The notes: generated from the letters alone by a model not told the origin. 38,951 nt of DNA from an uncultured Gammaproteobacteria bacterium (GCA_965544015.1 CBEULV010000002.1:1-38951); one strand, 5' to 3'. Numbered from the stretch's first letter, positions 1 through 11,729 are shown. Numbers and translations: made by a program.

Positions 1-14
1 TGATCGTGGAAATT

Positions 15-38
15 TCGCGCCTGCAAGGCGCTCCTACA
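15..38 (-). repeat. REP-like element (GTAG head plus palindrome), single copy upstream of rplK
   Basis: The reverse complement reads TGTAGGAGCGCCTTGCAGGCGCGA, with a GCGCC/GGCGC stem. It belongs to the same family as the 29275-29463 cluster. Confidence 0.75.
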
Positions 39-88
39 ATTTTTCAAAACAGGGGAGCCGCAAGGCGCTTGTACCCACAGGAGTTAAT

Positions 89-517
89 ATGGCCAAGAAA
101 ATAGAGGCTTATATCAAGCTGCAGGTTCCTGCCGGAGCTGCCAACCCGAGTCCGCCGGTCGGTCCGGCACTGGGTCAGCACGGCGTGAACATCATGGAGT
201 TTTGCAAGACATTCAATGCGAAGACGCAGGACGTGGAAAAGAACCTGCCGATCCCGGTGGTCATTACCGTCTACAGCGATCGCAGTTTCTCGTTTATTAC
301 CAAGACCCCGCCGGCCTCGGTACTGCTGAAGAAGGCGGCCGGCATCCAGAGTGGGTCTGCCACGCCGAACACTGTCAAGGTTGGCACGGTTACCCGTGCC
401 CAGCTGGAAGAAATTGCCACCACCAAGATGGCGGACCTGAATGCCGCCGACATGGACGCGGCCGTTCAAATTATCGCCGGAAGTGCCCGCAGTATGGGCC
501 TTGATGTGAAGGAGTAA
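89..517 (+). CDS. rplK: 50S ribosomal protein L11 (uL11)
   Basis: 142-aa ORF. The sequence [40 protein letters not shown] is the canonical uL11 N-terminus. It lies directly upstream of rplA. Confidence 0.98.
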   Translation: MAKKIEAYIKLQVPAGAANPSPPVGPALGQHGVNIMEFCKTFNAKTQDVEKNLPIPVVITVYSDRSFSFITKTPPASVLLKKAAGIQSGSATPNTVKVGTVTRAQLEEIATTKMADLNAADMDAAVQIIAGSARSMGLDVKE

Positions 518-522
518 CGATC

Positions 523-1215
523 ATGGCCAAACTGACAAAACGAGCAAAAGTTATCAAGGAAAAAGTCGCGCATGGCAAGCAGTACGCCATCGATGAGGTA
601 CTGGCGCTGCTGCAGGAGTTGCCCGGTGCGAAATTCAAGGAATCGGTCGACATCAGTGTCAACCTGGGCATCGACCCGCGCAAGTCCGACCAGACTGTGC
701 GCGGCGCCACCGTGCTGCCGAACGGCACCGGCAAGACCGTGCGCGTTGCGGTGTTCACCCAGGGTGCCAATGCCGATGCCGCGAAGGAAGCCGGCGCCGA
801 CGTGGTCGGTTTTGAAGATCTCGCGGAAGAGGTCAAGAAAGGCAACCTGGACTTCGATGTCGTGATTGCTTCACCGGATGCCATGCGCGTAGTGGGTGCG
901 CTGGGCCAGATTCTCGGCCCGCGCGGCCTGATGCCGAACCCGAAAGTGGGTACGGTGACCCCGGATGTCGCTACCGCCGTCAAAAATGCCAAGTCCGGAC
1001 AGGTGCGCTACCGCGCCGACAAGGCTGGCATTATCCACTGTACGATCGGCCGCATCGATTTCGAGACCAGTGCGCTGAAGGAAAATCTTGAGGCATTACT
1101 GGCTGACCTGAACAAGGCCAAGCCGGCCAGCGCCAAAGGCGTATATATGAAGAAGGTGTCTATCTCCACGACCATGGGTCCTGGCCTGCAGGTCGATCAG
1201 GCGACACTGGGTTAA
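523..1215 (+). CDS. rplA: 50S ribosomal protein L1 (uL1)
   Basis: 230-aa ORF (MAKLTKRAK...[16 protein letters not shown]...), typical of uL1. It starts 5 nt after the rplK stop. Confidence 0.98.
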   Translation: MAKLTKRAKVIKEKVAHGKQYAIDEVLALLQELPGAKFKESVDISVNLGIDPRKSDQTVRGATVLPNGTGKTVRVAVFTQGANADAAKEAGADVVGFEDLAEEVKKGNLDFDVVIASPDAMRVVGALGQILGPRGLMPNPKVGTVTPDVATAVKNAKSGQVRYRADKAGIIHCTIGRIDFETSALKENLEALLADLNKAKPASAKGVYMKKVSISTTMGPGLQVDQATLG

Positions 1216-1456
1216 TCGGTATTAGCATTATCTCTCTCCCTCGCGGGGGAGAGAGGGAAGAGGATTAAGGAAAGGTGTTAAACCTTTCCAGGGTTTGGCG
1301 CTGATGACGTACAGAAATGTGCGAATGTCGCAGCAGCTAGCGATCCGGCATTGCCGGTGGCCGTCAAAGACCGCAGGTGCCCGGTACCACCGGGTTTAAT
1401 TGTTCCGTTTGCAAGCGGAGCTGCCTGCGCAGAGGGTGCGCGAAATGACAGTATTT

Positions 1457-1545
1457 CGATGTACATGGATGTACAAGTGTCACGGGAGGCAGGGATGCCG
1501 GTAGTGACCGATGTACATGGATGTACAAGTGTCGCGGAAGGCAGG
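1457..1545 (+). repeat. Tandem duplication of a 37-nt module (1457-1493 and 1509-1545, period 52 nt)
   Basis: The two copies, CGATGTACATGGATGTACAAGTGTC(A/G)CGG(G/A)AGGCAGG, are 35/37 identical by hand alignment. Each holds two TGTACA palindromes 10 bp apart. Confidence 0.9.
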
Positions 1546-1559
1546 AGCAGGTGAGACCA

Positions 1560-1717
1560 GGAACTGGTCGAGAAACTGGCCTGGGCCATGCCGGGAGCGA
1601 GCTGTCTTCAAGCCACCAAACAGAGTGTGACGTCCGGTAACGGACGTCACAATGTCAATAAACGGGAAGGGAACGGCCAGGCTTGCCTGGCGGTGAATTC
1701 CCAAAGAGGTAAATACA
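1560..1717 (+). promoter_or_regulatory. rplJL 5' leader, candidate L10-(L12)4 autoregulatory RNA region
   Basis: The 502-nt rplA-rplJ spacer is about the size of the E. coli leader. It contains a perfect 10-bp hairpin with a GTAA tetraloop (1627-1650) and a 6-bp hairpin (1676-1691) just upstream of the rplJ SD sequence (aagagg). Function is assigned by position only. Confidence 0.4.
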
Positions 1718-2248
1718 ATGGCGTTAACTCTTGAAGAGAAAAAGGCTGTTGTTGCTGAAGTAGCTGAAGTTGCCAAAGGGGCGCTTTCGGCCGTGGCCGC
1801 GGAATACAGCGGACTGACGGTCGAGCAGTTGACTGGCCTGCGTATCAAGGCACGTGAAGACGGTGTCTATGTGCGCGTGGTCAAGAACACACTGGCACGT
1901 CGAGCCCTGGATGGTACCGACTTCGCATGCATGAGCGACAGGCTGACCGGTCCGTTGATCCTGGCATTTTCCCGGGAAGACCCCGGTGCGGCTGCGCGCG
2001 TGGCCAAGGACTTTGCCAGGGAAAATGACAAGTTCAACGTTACCATGCTGTCAGTCGGCGGTGAATTGCTTGAGCCATCCGAGATCGACAAGCTGGCCAA
2101 GCTCCCGACCCGCGACCAGGCTATCAGCATGCTGATGTCGGTCATGCTGGCCCCGACCGAGAAGCTTGTCCGTACCCTCAACGAGGTGCCGGGCCAGCTG
2201 GTTCGTACCATGGGTGCCGTGCGCGATCAGAAACAGCAGGCAGCATAA
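1718..2248 (+). CDS. rplJ: 50S ribosomal protein L10 (uL10)
   Basis: 176-aa ORF (MALTLEEKKAVVAEVAEVAKGALSAVAAEYSGLTVEQLTGLR...), typical of uL10. Confidence 0.97.
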   Translation: MALTLEEKKAVVAEVAEVAKGALSAVAAEYSGLTVEQLTGLRIKAREDGVYVRVVKNTLARRALDGTDFACMSDRLTGPLILAFSREDPGAAARVAKDFARENDKFNVTMLSVGGELLEPSEIDKLAKLPTRDQAISMLMSVMLAPTEKLVRTLNEVPGQLVRTMGAVRDQKQQAA

Positions 2249-2292
2249 CCACATTCAACCTATTTTAAGATTATCAGACAGGAGTATTTGAA

Positions 2293-2670
2293 ATGGCCGT
2301 TTCACAAGAAGAGATTCTGGAAACAATTGCAAACATGTCAGTGATGGACGTTGTTGAACTCGTCTCTGCCATGGAAGAAAAGTTCGGCGTATCCGCTGCT
2401 GCTGCCGTGGCGGTTGCCGCTCCGGCTGCCGGTGGTGAAGCCGCTGCCGTGGAAGAGAAGGACGAGTTCGATGTCGTCATGACCAGCTTCGGCGCCAACA
2501 AGGTTTCCGTGATCAAGGCTGTTCGTGCGATCACCGGCCTGGGTCTGAAGGAAGCCAAGGACATGGTGGAAGGTGCGCCTTCTACTGTGAAGGAAGCGGC
2601 TTCCAAGGCCGATGCTGACGAGATCAAGACGAAGCTTGAAGAAGCCGGCGCCGCCGTAGAGCTGAAGTAA
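2293..2670 (+). CDS. rplL: 50S ribosomal protein L7/L12 (bL12)
   Basis: 125-aa ORF with an Ala-rich hinge and the C-terminal motif [27 protein letters not shown]. Confidence 0.98.
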   Translation: MAVSQEEILETIANMSVMDVVELVSAMEEKFGVSAAAAVAVAAPAAGGEAAAVEEKDEFDVVMTSFGANKVSVIKAVRAITGLGLKEAKDMVEGAPSTVKEAASKADADEIKTKLEEAGAAVELK

Positions 2671-2859
2671 GGAGGTTGTACGTAATCCGTTTGGTGATTA
2701 CAGCAACCCCCGGAAATACAGGGTTGGCTGGATGCACAAGGTGCGTCCGGCCTGTCCCTGCTTGTCGTACCCGAAAGTGCACAGTGCCTGTCCGTGCCCG
2801 TCCGCAGATAGCGGGCACTGACACACAGCTTTCTTCATCTGTACTGGAGAGGAAAACCG

Positions 2860-5800
2860 ATGGCTTATAGCTATACCGAGAAAAAACGAATCCGCAAGGA
2901 CTTTGGTGAACGCCACAGCATCATGGATGTTCCGTACCTGCTGGCGACCCAGATCGAGTCCTACCGTGACTTCCTGCAGGCTGACAAGGCCCCGGAAGAC
3001 CGTGCCGACAAGGGTCTGCATGCGGCCTTCAGTTCGGTTCTCCCGATTGTCAGCTACTCTGGTAATGCAGCACTGGATTATGTGAAATACCGCCTTGGCG
3101 AGCCAGCCTTTGACGTCAAGGAGTGTCAGCTGCGCGGACTGACCTATGCCGCGCCATTGCGTGCACTGGTACGCCTGATCATTTATGACAAGGACTCTCC
3201 GGCAGACGCAAAGAAGATCAAGGACATCAAGGAGCAGGAAGTCTACATGGGCGAACTGCCGCTGATGACCGAGAACGGTACCTTCGTGATCAACGGTACC
3301 GAGCGCGTTATTGTTTCCCAGCTGCACCGTTCGCCCGGTGTGTTCTTTGATCATGACAAGGGCAAGACCCACTCCTCCGGCAAGCTGCTGTTTTCGGCAC
3401 GCGTGATTCCGTATCGCGGCTCCTGGCTGGATATGGAGTTCGATCCGAAGGACTGCGTGTTCGTACGTATCGACCGTCGCCGCAAGCTGCCGGCTACCAT
3501 CCTGCTGCGTGCGCTGGGTTATGACAATGAGCAGATGCTCGAAATATTTTTCGAGACCAATAATTTCCACTTTACCAAGAAAGATATCAAGCTGGACCTG
3601 GTGGCCGAGCGCCTGCGTGGCGAGGTAGCCAGTTTCGAGATCAAGGCCAAGGGTAAGGTAATCGTAGAGGAAGGCCGCCGTGTTACCGCGCGCCACATTC
3701 GCGAGCTTGACAAGGCCGGGGTGAGATCCCTGGTGGTGCCGCGGGAATACATGATCGGCAAGACCATCGCACGTAATATCATTGACAAGGAAACCGGTGA
3801 AATCATCGCCAATGCCAATGACGAGATCAGCGAAGAACTGCTGGAGAAGCTGATTGACTCCGGTATCAAGAAACTCAGTACGCTGTACGTCAACGATCTG
3901 GATCGTGGCCCGTATATCTCCAGTACCCTGCGCATTGATCCGACCACGAACGAACTGGAGGCCATGGTCGAGATTTACCGAATGATGCGCCCGGGCGAAC
4001 CGCCGACCAAGGATGCCGCCCAGAACCTGTTCAAGAACCTGTTCTTTACCAGTGAGCGTTACGACCTGTCTGCGGTCGGCCGCATGAAGTTCAACCGCCG
4101 TGTGGGCCGTAAAGAGCTTACCGGTGAAGGCACGCTGTCCAGAGAGGATATCCTGGAGGTGATGAAGATCCTTGTCGATATCCGTAACGGTAACGGATTT
4201 GTCGACGATATCGATCATCTTGGCAACCGCCGTATCCGCTGTGTCGGTGAAATGGCCGAGAACGTGTTCCGCATTGGCCTGGTGCGAGTCGAACGCGCGG
4301 TCAAGGAGCGCCTGAGCCTGGCGGAGTCGGAAAGCCTGATGCCGCAAGAGCTGATCAACGCCAAGCCAGTGGCTGCCGCGGTGAAGGAATTCTTCGGTTC
4401 GAGTCAGCTGTCTCAGTTCATGGACCAGAACAATCCGCTGTCTGAAGTCACCCACAAACGCCGTGTCTCGGCGCTGGGCCCGGGTGGCCTGACACGCGAG
4501 CGTGCCGGCTTCGAGGTGCGTGACGTGCACCCGACGCACTATGGCCGCGTGTGTCCGATTGAAACCCCGGAAGGCCCGAACATCGGCCTGATCAACTCGC
4601 TCGCCGTGTATTCGCGCACCAACGAATACGGTTTCCTGGAAACGCCCTATCGCAAGGTCGTCAAGGGCCGCGTCACCGACGAGATCCAGTACCTGTCCGC
4701 GATCGAGGAAGGCAACTACACCATCGCCCAGGCCAACGCCAATACCGATGCCCGCGGCAAGCTGACCGACGAGATGGTAACCTGCCGCAACAAGAACGAG
4801 TTCATGACCTCGACCCCGGACAAGGTCGACTTTATCGATGTGTCACCGAAGCAGATTGTCTCGGTTGCAGCGGCACTGATTCCGTTCCTGGAACACGATG
4901 ACGCCAACCGTGCCCTGATGGGTTCCAACATGCAGCGCCAGGCAGTGCCGACGCTGATCACCGAGAAACCGCTGGTCGGAACCGGTATCGAACGCACCGT
5001 GGCCATCGACTCGGGTGTCACTGTGGTCGCCGGGCGCGGCGGCGTGGTGGATTCCGTCGATGCCGGCCGTATCGTGGTGCGCGTCAATGACGATGAGACC
5101 GTGGCCGGCGAGCCGGGTGTGGATATCTACAACCTGACCAAGTACACGCGTTCCAACCAGAACACCTGTATCAACCAGCGCCCGCTGGTGTGCCTGGGCG
5201 ACAAGATCGCGTGCGGCGATGTGCTGGCTGACGGTCCGAGTACCGACCTTGGCGAGCTGGCGCTGGGCCAGAATCTGCTGGTCGCGTTCATGCCGTGGAA
5301 CGGTTACAACTTCGAGGATTCCATCCTGATCTCGGAGCGTGTAGTCGAGGAAGACCGCTTTACCACCATTCACATCGAGGAACTGACTTCGGTTGCCCGT
5401 GACACCAAGCTGGGTTCGGAAGAGGTGACCGGTGATATTCCGAATGTCGGTGAAGGTGCGCTCTCCAAGCTGGATGAGTCCGGCATTGTTTATATCGGTG
5501 CCGAGGTGAAGCCGGGCGATATCCTGGTCGGCAAGGTGACGCCGAAGGGTGAAACCCAGCTGACCCCGGAAGAAAAACTGCTGCGCGCCATTTTTGGCGA
5601 GAAGGCATCCGACGTGAAAGACACCTCGCTGCGTGTGCCGAGCGGCATGGATGGTACTGTCATCGACGTGCAGGTATTTACCCGTGATGGTGTGGAGAAG
5701 GACGCGCGTGCACTGCAGATACAGGAAGAGCAGGTGGCCGCGGTCCGCAAGGACCTGAATGACCAGAAGCGCATCATGGAAGACGACATCTACGAACGTG

Positions 5801-6936
5801 TCGGCAAGCTGCTGCAGGGAAAGGTCGCCGAGGGTGGTCCGAAGACACTGGCCGCCGGCAGCAAGGTCACCAAGGACTATCTCGCCGAAATCGGTCGTGA
5901 CAAGTGGTTCGAGATTCGCTTGCGCAACGAGGATGCCAACACCGATCTCGAGAAGGTCGCGGAACAGCTCAAGGTATTGCGCAAGGACTTCGAGCAGCGC
6001 CTGGAAGACAAGCGCAGAAAACTGATCTCCGGTGACGACCTGGCGCCGGGTGTCCTCAAGATGGTTAAGGTCTATCTTGCCGTGAAGCGTCGTGTGCAGC
6101 CAGGTGACAAAATGGCCGGTCGGCACGGTAACAAGGGCGTGATCTCAATGATCCAGCCGGTTGAGGATATGCCATACACTGCCGACGGGACCTCCATCGA
6201 TATTGTACTCAATCCGCTTGGCGTGCCCTCTCGCATGAATATCGGGCAGGTGCTGGAGACCCACCTCGGCTGGGCGGCCAAGGGGCTGGGCATCAAGATC
6301 GGCAAGATGCTCGACGCGCAGCAGAAGGTCGCCGATATCCGTGCTTACCTCGACAAGATCTACAATTCCAGCGGCCACAAGGAAGACCTGAAGTCGCTCA
6401 GCAACGAGGATGTCCTCAACCTGGCCCGGAACCTGGTGAAGGGTGTTCCGATGGCGACGCCGGTGTTTGACGGTGCCTCGGAAGAGGCGATCAAGTACAT
6501 GCTGGAGCTGGCGGATCTGCCGGCCAGTGGCCAGACCACGCTGTATGACGGCCGCACCGGCGATGCCTTTGACCGCGAAGTGACGGTCGGCTACATGTAC
6601 ATGCTGAAGCTGAATCACCTGGTGGATGACAAGATGCATGCCCGCTCCACCGGTCCGTACAGCATGGTCACGCAGCAGCCGCTGGGTGGCAAGGCGCAGT
6701 TCGGCGGTCAGCGCTTCGGTGAAATGGAGGTGTGGGCGCTGGAAGCCTACGGTGCCGCCTACACCCTGCAGGAAATGCTGACCGTGAAATCCGACGATGT
6801 GAGCGGTCGTACCAAGATGTACAAGAACATCGTGGACGGCAATCATCACATGGATGCGGGTATGCCCGAATCCTTCAATGTGCTGGTCAAGGAAATCCGT
6901 TCGCTCGGTCTCAATATCGAACTGGAACAGGATTAG
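2860..6936 (+). CDS. rpoB: DNA-directed RNA polymerase subunit beta
   Basis: 1358-aa ORF. The N-terminus [16 protein letters not shown] and the rest of the protein are collinear with E. coli RpoB. An SD sequence (ggagagg) lies upstream. Confidence 0.99.
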   Translation: MAYSYTEKKRIRKDFGERHSIMDVPYLLATQIESYRDFLQADKAPEDRADKGLHAAFSSVLPIVSYSGNAALDYVKYRLGEPAFDVKECQLRGLTYAAPLRALVRLIIYDKDSPADAKKIKDIKEQEVYMGELPLMTENGTFVINGTERVIVSQLHRSPGVFFDHDKGKTHSSGKLLFSARVIPYRGSWLDMEFDPKDCVFVRIDRRRKLPATILLRALGYDNEQMLEIFFETNNFHFTKKDIKLDLVAERLRGEVASFEIKAKGKVIVEEGRRVTARHIRELDKAGVRSLVVPREYMIGKTIARNIIDKETGEIIANANDEISEELLEKLIDSGIKKLSTLYVNDLDRGPYISSTLRIDPTTNELEAMVEIYRMMRPGEPPTKDAAQNLFKNLFFTSERYDLSAVGRMKFNRRVGRKELTGEGTLSREDILEVMKILVDIRNGNGFVDDIDHLGNRRIRCVGEMAENVFRIGLVRVERAVKERLSLAESESLMPQELINAKPVAAAVKEFFGSSQLSQFMDQNNPLSEVTHKRRVSALGPGGLTRERAGFEVRDVHPTHYGRVCPIETPEGPNIGLINSLAVYSRTNEYGFLETPYRKVVKGRVTDEIQYLSAIEEGNYTIAQANANTDARGKLTDEMVTCRNKNEFMTSTPDKVDFIDVSPKQIVSVAAALIPFLEHDDANRALMGSNMQRQAVPTLITEKPLVGTGIERTVAIDSGVTVVAGRGGVVDSVDAGRIVVRVNDDETVAGEPGVDIYNLTKYTRSNQNTCINQRPLVCLGDKIACGDVLADGPSTDLGELALGQNLLVAFMPWNGYNFEDSILISERVVEEDRFTTIHIEELTSVARDTKLGSEEVTGDIPNVGEGALSKLDESGIVYIGAEVKPGDILVGKVTPKGETQLTPEEKLLRAIFGEKASDVKDTSLRVPSGMDGTVIDVQVFTRDGVEKDARALQIQEEQVAAVRKDLNDQKRIMEDDIYERVGKLLQGKVAEGGPKTLAAGSKVTKDYLAEIGRDKWFEIRLRNEDANTDLEKVAEQLKVLRKDFEQRLEDKRRKLISGDDLAPGVLKMVKVYLAVKRRVQPGDKMAGRHGNKGVISMIQPVEDMPYTADGTSIDIVLNPLGVPSRMNIGQVLETHLGWAAKGLGIKIGKMLDAQQKVADIRAYLDKIYNSSGHKEDLKSLSNEDVLNLARNLVKGVPMATPVFDGASEEAIKYMLELADLPASGQTTLYDGRTGDAFDREVTVGYMYMLKLNHLVDDKMHARSTGPYSMVTQQPLGGKAQFGGQRFGEMEVWALEAYGAAYTLQEMLTVKSDDVSGRTKMYKNIVDGNHHMDAGMPESFNVLVKEIRSLGLNIELEQD

Positions 6937-7002
6937 CAGGCAGGAACAGGTGATTAGCAGCCGGTCAGCCGGTAACGCGACACTCCACGTGCAGGAGAGA
7001 CG

Positions 7003-10000
7003 ATGAAAGACTTACTCAATTTACTGAAACCACAGGGCCAAACAGAAGAATTCGATGCGATTCGGATTGGCCTGACGTCACCCGACATGATCCGTTCCTG
7101 GTCCTATGGCGAGGTCAAGAAGCCGGAAACGATCAACTACCGTACCTTCAAACCGGAGCGCGACGGCCTGTTCTGCGCCAAGATCTTCGGGCCGGTGAAG
7201 GATTACGAATGTCTGTGTGGCAAGTACAAGCGCCTCAAGCATCGCGGCGTGGTGTGCGAGAAGTGCGGTGTGGAGGTCACGCTTACCAAGGTGCGTCGCG
7301 AGCGCATGGGGCATATCGAGCTGGCCAGCCCGGCTGCCCATATCTGGTTCCTGAAATCGCTACCGTCACGTATCGGCCTGTTGCTGGACATGACGCTGCG
7401 TGATATCGAGCGCGTGCTGTATTTCGAGGCCTTCGTCGTCGTTGATCCCGGCATGACTACGCTGGAGCGTGGCCAGTTGCTGTCCGACGAGGCCTACCTC
7501 GACGCTATCCAGGAAAACGGTGATGAATTCGATGCGCGCATGGGCGCCGAGGCAGTCTACGAACTGCTCAAGGGCATCGACCTGCAGCTCGAGACGGTCA
7601 AGCTGCGCGAGGAGAGCAATGCCACCAAGTCCGAGACCAAGCTCAAGCGCTTTGCCAAACGCCTCAAGCTGGTTGAATCCTTCATCGATTCCGGCAACCG
7701 CCCGGAGTGGATGGTGATGACGGTGCTGCCGGTACTGCCGCCGGAACTGCGTCCACTGGTGCCGCTGGATGGCGGCCGATTTGCGACTTCCGACCTGAAT
7801 GACCTCTACCGCCGCGTCATCAACCGTAACAACCGCCTGAAGCGCCTGCTGGAGCTGAGTGCACCGGACATCATCGTGCGCAACGAGAAGCGCATGCTGC
7901 AGGAGTCCGTCGATGCGCTGCTCGACAATGGCCGTCGCGGCCGTGCTATTACCGGCACCAACAAGCGCCCGCTGAAATCACTTGCCGACATGATCAAGGG
8001 CAAGCAGGGGCGTTTCCGCCAGAATCTGCTTGGCAAGCGCGTCGACTACTCTGGCCGTTCCGTAATCGTGGTTGGCCCGACCCTGATGCTGCACCAGTGT
8101 GGTTTGCCCAAGCGCATGGCGCTGGAGCTGTTCAAGCCATTTATTTTCAGTAAGTTGCAGTTGCGCGGCCTTGCCACCACTATCAAGGCGGCGAAAAAAC
8201 TGGTCGAACGCGAGGGGTCGGAAGTCTGGGATATTCTCGAGGAAGTGATTCGTGAACACCCGGTGATGCTGAACCGTGCCCCAACCCTGCATCGCCTCGG
8301 CATCCAGGCTTTTGAGCCGGTGCTGATCGAGGGCAAGGCGATCCAGCTGCATCCGCTGGTGTGTGCCGCATTCAACGCCGACTTTGACGGTGACCAGATG
8401 GCCGTGCATGTGCCGCTGTCCATCGAGGCACAGCTGGAAGCGCGTGCGCTGATGATGTCATCCAACAACATCCTGTCCCCGGCCAACGGCGAACCGATCA
8501 TCGTACCGTCGCAGGACGTGGTGCTTGGCCTGTACTACCTGACGCGCGAGTCCATTAATGCGAAGGGCGAGGGCATGGTGTTCTCCGATGTCTCGGAAGT
8601 GCACCGCGCCTACCAGAACGGTTTTGTCTCATTGCATGCACACATCAAGGTGCGCATCCCGCGTTATGAGTTCGATGACAACGGCGAGGCAGTGGAAGTA
8701 ACCGGGCTGGTGGAAACCACGGTCGGTCGTTCGCTGCTGTCGGAAATCCTGCCCAGGGGGCTGACCTTTGATCTGGTCAACCGCGACATGAGCAAGAAGG
8801 CAATCTCCAACCTGATCAATGCCTGCTATCGCCGTGTCGGCCTGAAGGAGACGGTGATCTTTGCCGACCAGCTGATGTACATGGGTTTCTCCTATGCGAC
8901 CCGTGCAGCGGTATCGTTCGGCATCAACGACATGATCATTCCGGAGAGCAAGGCCAGGATTCTTGGCGAGGCCGAGAGCGAGGTCCGGGAGATCGAGCAC
9001 CAGTACACCTCCGGTCTGGTGACCATGGGCGAACGTTATAACAAGGTCGTCGATATCTGGTCGCGTACCAACGACCAGGTCGCCAAGGCGATGATGGATG
9101 TGCTGGGCACAGAGGAAAAGGTCGACGCCGAAGGTAATGTTGTCACGCAGCCGTCGTTCAATTCCGTTTACATGATGGCCGATTCCGGTGCGCGTGGTTC
9201 TGCCGCCCAGATCCGCCAACTGGCCGGTATGCGTGGCCTGATGGCGAAGCCGGACGGTTCCATCATCGAGACACCGATCACCGCCAACTTCCGTGAAGGC
9301 CTGGACGTGTTGCAGTACTTTATTTCCACGCACGGCGCTCGCAAGGGCCTGGCAGACACCGCGCTGAAGACCGCCAACTCCGGTTACCTGACGCGTCGCC
9401 TGGTCGATGTTGCCCAGGACCTGGTAATCATCGGTGACGACTGCGAAACCGATGCGGGCCTGATCATGACCCCGCTGGTGGAAGGCGGTGATGTGGTCGA
9501 GCCGCTGCGCGAACGCGTGCTGGGTCGTTTGACCGCTGAGGATGTGCTGCGTCCGGGTACCGACGAAGTGATTGTTCCGCGCAATACCCTGCTCGACGAA
9601 GAAGGGGTCGACCGGCTGGAAGCGGCCGGTGTCGACGAAATGAAGGTGCGTTCGCCGATTACCTGCGAAAACCGCTACGGTGTCTGTGCGGCCTGTTACG
9701 GCCGGGACCTGGCGCGTGGTCACATGGTCAATGCCGGTGAGGCCATCGGCGTGATAGCGGCACAATCCATCGGTGAGCCGGGCACCCAGCTGACCATGCG
9801 TACCTTCCACATCGGTGGTGCGGCCAGTCGTGCCGCCACAGTCAACAGCGTGGAGGTAAAATCCACTGGTACCGTGCGCCTGCACAATATCAAGACCGTG
9901 ATCAACAGGAATGGCAACCTGGTGGCCGTGTCGCGTTCTGGTGAAATCGGTCTGCTGGACGATCATGGCCGTGAGCGCGAGCGTTACAAGGTGCCGTACG

Positions 10001-11220
10001 GTTCCGTGATCAGCGTGGCCGATGGCGACAGCGTCGCTGGCGGTAGCGTCATTGCGACCTGGGACCCTCATACCCACCCGATCGTGACCGAGGTGGCCGG
10101 TGTGGCGCGCCTCAGTGACTTTATTGACGGTGTCACGGTGCAGGAGTTTACTGACGAGGTTACCGGTCTGACCAGCCTGATCGTTACCGATGCGAAGTCG
10201 CGTGGCACCCTCGGCAAGGACCTGCGTCCGATGGTGAAACTGGTCGATGCCAGCGGCAAGCCGCTGCAGCTGGCCGGTACTGACCTGGATGCCCAGTACT
10301 TCCTGCCCTCCGGTGCGGTAGTCGGACTGGAAGACGGTGCCAAGGTGAGCGTGGGTGACGTGGTTGCCCGTATCCCGCAGGAATCTTCCAAGACCCGTGA
10401 CATCACCGGCGGTCTGCCGCGTGTGGCCGACCTGTTCGAGGCGCGCAAGCCGAAGGAACCAGCCATTCTCGCGGAGATTTCCGGTACCGTGGGCTTTGGC
10501 AAGGACACCAAGGGCAAGCAGCGCGTCGTCATTACGGCGACGGACGGGACCACGCACGAGGAATTGATCCCGAAGTGGCGTCACGTGACCATCTTCGAGG
10601 GTGAGCATGTCGAGAAAGGGGAGACGCTGGTCGATGGCGAGCCGAGTGCCCACGATATCCTGCACCTGCTGGGGACCGCGACCATGGCCGAGTACCTGGT
10701 CAAGGAGATCCAGGACGTGTACCGCCTGCAGGGTGTAAAGATTAACGACAAGCATATCGAGGTGATCCTGCGCCAGATGCTGCGCAAGGTCGAAATCCTG
10801 AATGGCAATGACAGCCGCTATCTGAAGGGCGAGCAGATCGAGAAATCACGCGTGCTGGAGGAAACCGAAAGGCTCAGACGGGACGACAAGGAGCCGGCTG
10901 AGTGGATGCCGCTGCTGCTGGGTATCACCAAGGCCTCTCTGGCGACCGAGTCCTTCATCTCGGCAGCCTCCTTCCAGGAGACCACCCGGGTGCTCACCGA
11001 GGCCTCGGTGCGCGGCAGCCGCGATCCCCTGCGCGGTCTCAAGGAAAATGTCATCGTTGGCCGCCTGATCCCGGCCGGTACCGGCCTGGCCTACCACGAG
11101 GAACGCCGCCGCCAGCGGGAGGGCTTCCCGATCGATATCGCCGAAGAAATGGCGGCCGTGGACGCCCAGGAGGAGGAGCAGGCCGCGGATGTGGCTGAAT
11201 CTCAGGCGGAAGATTTGTAA
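7003..11220 (+). CDS. rpoC: DNA-directed RNA polymerase subunit beta'
   Basis: 1405-aa ORF ([58 protein letters not shown]...). It carries the NADFDGDQM catalytic motif. Confidence 0.99.
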   Translation: MKDLLNLLKPQGQTEEFDAIRIGLTSPDMIRSWSYGEVKKPETINYRTFKPERDGLFCAKIFGPVKDYECLCGKYKRLKHRGVVCEKCGVEVTLTKVRRERMGHIELASPAAHIWFLKSLPSRIGLLLDMTLRDIERVLYFEAFVVVDPGMTTLERGQLLSDEAYLDAIQENGDEFDARMGAEAVYELLKGIDLQLETVKLREESNATKSETKLKRFAKRLKLVESFIDSGNRPEWMVMTVLPVLPPELRPLVPLDGGRFATSDLNDLYRRVINRNNRLKRLLELSAPDIIVRNEKRMLQESVDALLDNGRRGRAITGTNKRPLKSLADMIKGKQGRFRQNLLGKRVDYSGRSVIVVGPTLMLHQCGLPKRMALELFKPFIFSKLQLRGLATTIKAAKKLVEREGSEVWDILEEVIREHPVMLNRAPTLHRLGIQAFEPVLIEGKAIQLHPLVCAAFNADFDGDQMAVHVPLSIEAQLEARALMMSSNNILSPANGEPIIVPSQDVVLGLYYLTRESINAKGEGMVFSDVSEVHRAYQNGFVSLHAHIKVRIPRYEFDDNGEAVEVTGLVETTVGRSLLSEILPRGLTFDLVNRDMSKKAISNLINACYRRVGLKETVIFADQLMYMGFSYATRAAVSFGINDMIIPESKARILGEAESEVREIEHQYTSGLVTMGERYNKVVDIWSRTNDQVAKAMMDVLGTEEKVDAEGNVVTQPSFNSVYMMADSGARGSAAQIRQLAGMRGLMAKPDGSIIETPITANFREGLDVLQYFISTHGARKGLADTALKTANSGYLTRRLVDVAQDLVIIGDDCETDAGLIMTPLVEGGDVVEPLRERVLGRLTAEDVLRPGTDEVIVPRNTLLDEEGVDRLEAAGVDEMKVRSPITCENRYGVCAACYGRDLARGHMVNAGEAIGVIAAQSIGEPGTQLTMRTFHIGGAASRAATVNSVEVKSTGTVRLHNIKTVINRNGNLVAVSRSGEIGLLDDHGRERERYKVPYGSVISVADGDSVAGGSVIATWDPHTHPIVTEVAGVARLSDFIDGVTVQEFTDEVTGLTSLIVTDAKSRGTLGKDLRPMVKLVDASGKPLQLAGTDLDAQYFLPSGAVVGLEDGAKVSVGDVVARIPQESSKTRDITGGLPRVADLFEARKPKEPAILAEISGTVGFGKDTKGKQRVVITATDGTTHEELIPKWRHVTIFEGEHVEKGETLVDGEPSAHDILHLLGTATMAEYLVKEIQDVYRLQGVKINDKHIEVILRQMLRKVEILNGNDSRYLKGEQIEKSRVLEETERLRRDDKEPAEWMPLLLGITKASLATESFISAASFQETTRVLTEASVRGSRDPLRGLKENVIVGRLIPAGTGLAYHEERRRQREGFPIDIAEEMAAVDAQEEEQAADVAESQAEDL

Positions 11221-11227
11221 TTCCTCC

Positions 11228-11256
11228 TTGACAGGGCAGTGCCCTGATTCTAAAAT
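11228..11256 (+). promoter_or_regulatory. Candidate sigma70 promoter of the str operon (TTGACA-17 nt-TAAAAT)
   Basis: TTGACA lies at 11228-11233, followed by an exact 17-nt spacer and TAAAAT at 11251-11256, about 100 nt upstream of rpsL. As I recall, the E. coli Pstr promoter uses the same two hexamers. Confidence 0.55.
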
Positions 11257-11268
11257 TCCGCTCCTTCT

Positions 11269-11304
11269 CGACAGGCCGGTCCCGACCGGCCTGTCGTTTG
11301 TTTT
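11269..11304 (+). terminator. Intrinsic terminator-type hairpin after rpoC (also the rpsL leader hairpin)
   Basis: A 12-bp perfect GC-rich stem, CGACAGGCCGGT (11269-11280) pairing with ACCGGCCTGTCG (11285-11296), has a cccg loop. It is followed by TTTGTTTT (11297-11304). Confidence 0.8.
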
Positions 11305-11354
11305 CAGGAGCATAGAATTATTTTCGTTTCACATTTCCGGGGTTTATTTGGGTA

Positions 11355-11729
11355 ATGGCAACAATTAATCAATTAGTGCGCAAGCCGCGCTCCCGTAAAC
11401 GGGAAAAAAGTACGGTCCCCGCGCTGGAGGCATGTCCCCAGAAGCGTGGCGTCTGCACGCGTGTTTACACCACGACCCCGAAGAAGCCGAACTCGGCGCT
11501 GCGTAAAGTGGCTCGTGTCAGGCTCACGAACGGCTTCGAAGTCACTACATATATTGGTGGTGAAGGGCACAACCTGCAGGAGCACTCGGTGGTGCTGATT
11601 CGCGGCGGCCGTGTGAAGGATTTGCCGGGTGTGCGATATCACACCGTGCGCGGCAGCCTGGACACCTCCGGCGTCACCAGTCGTCGCCAGGGTCGTTCCA
11701 AGTACGGCGCCAAGCGTCCTAAGTCCTGA
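11355..11729 (+). CDS. rpsL: 30S ribosomal protein S12 (uS12)
   Basis: 124-aa ORF ([12 protein letters not shown]...[21 protein letters not shown]...), canonical uS12. Confidence 0.99.
   Translation: MATINQLVRKPRSRKREKSTVPALEACPQKRGVCTRVYTTTPKKPNSALRKVARVRLTNGFEVTTYIGGEGHNLQEHSVVLIRGGRVKDLPGVRYHTVRGSLDTSGVTSRRQGRSKYGAKRPKS

Noticed and set aside
2698-4539. 613-aa minus-strand ORF antisense to rpoB. Similar long antisense or alternate-frame ORFs occur at 4843-6126, 8629-10755, 12262-13134, 13144-14199, 14782-15381, 17596-18426, 24248-25510, 34485-35405 and 36981-38177.
   Set aside because: All lie entirely inside strongly supported conserved genes. Their translations are Arg/His/Leu/Gln-rich and of low complexity, as expected for stop-poor antisense frames of GC3-rich coding sequence. 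None has its own start signals.
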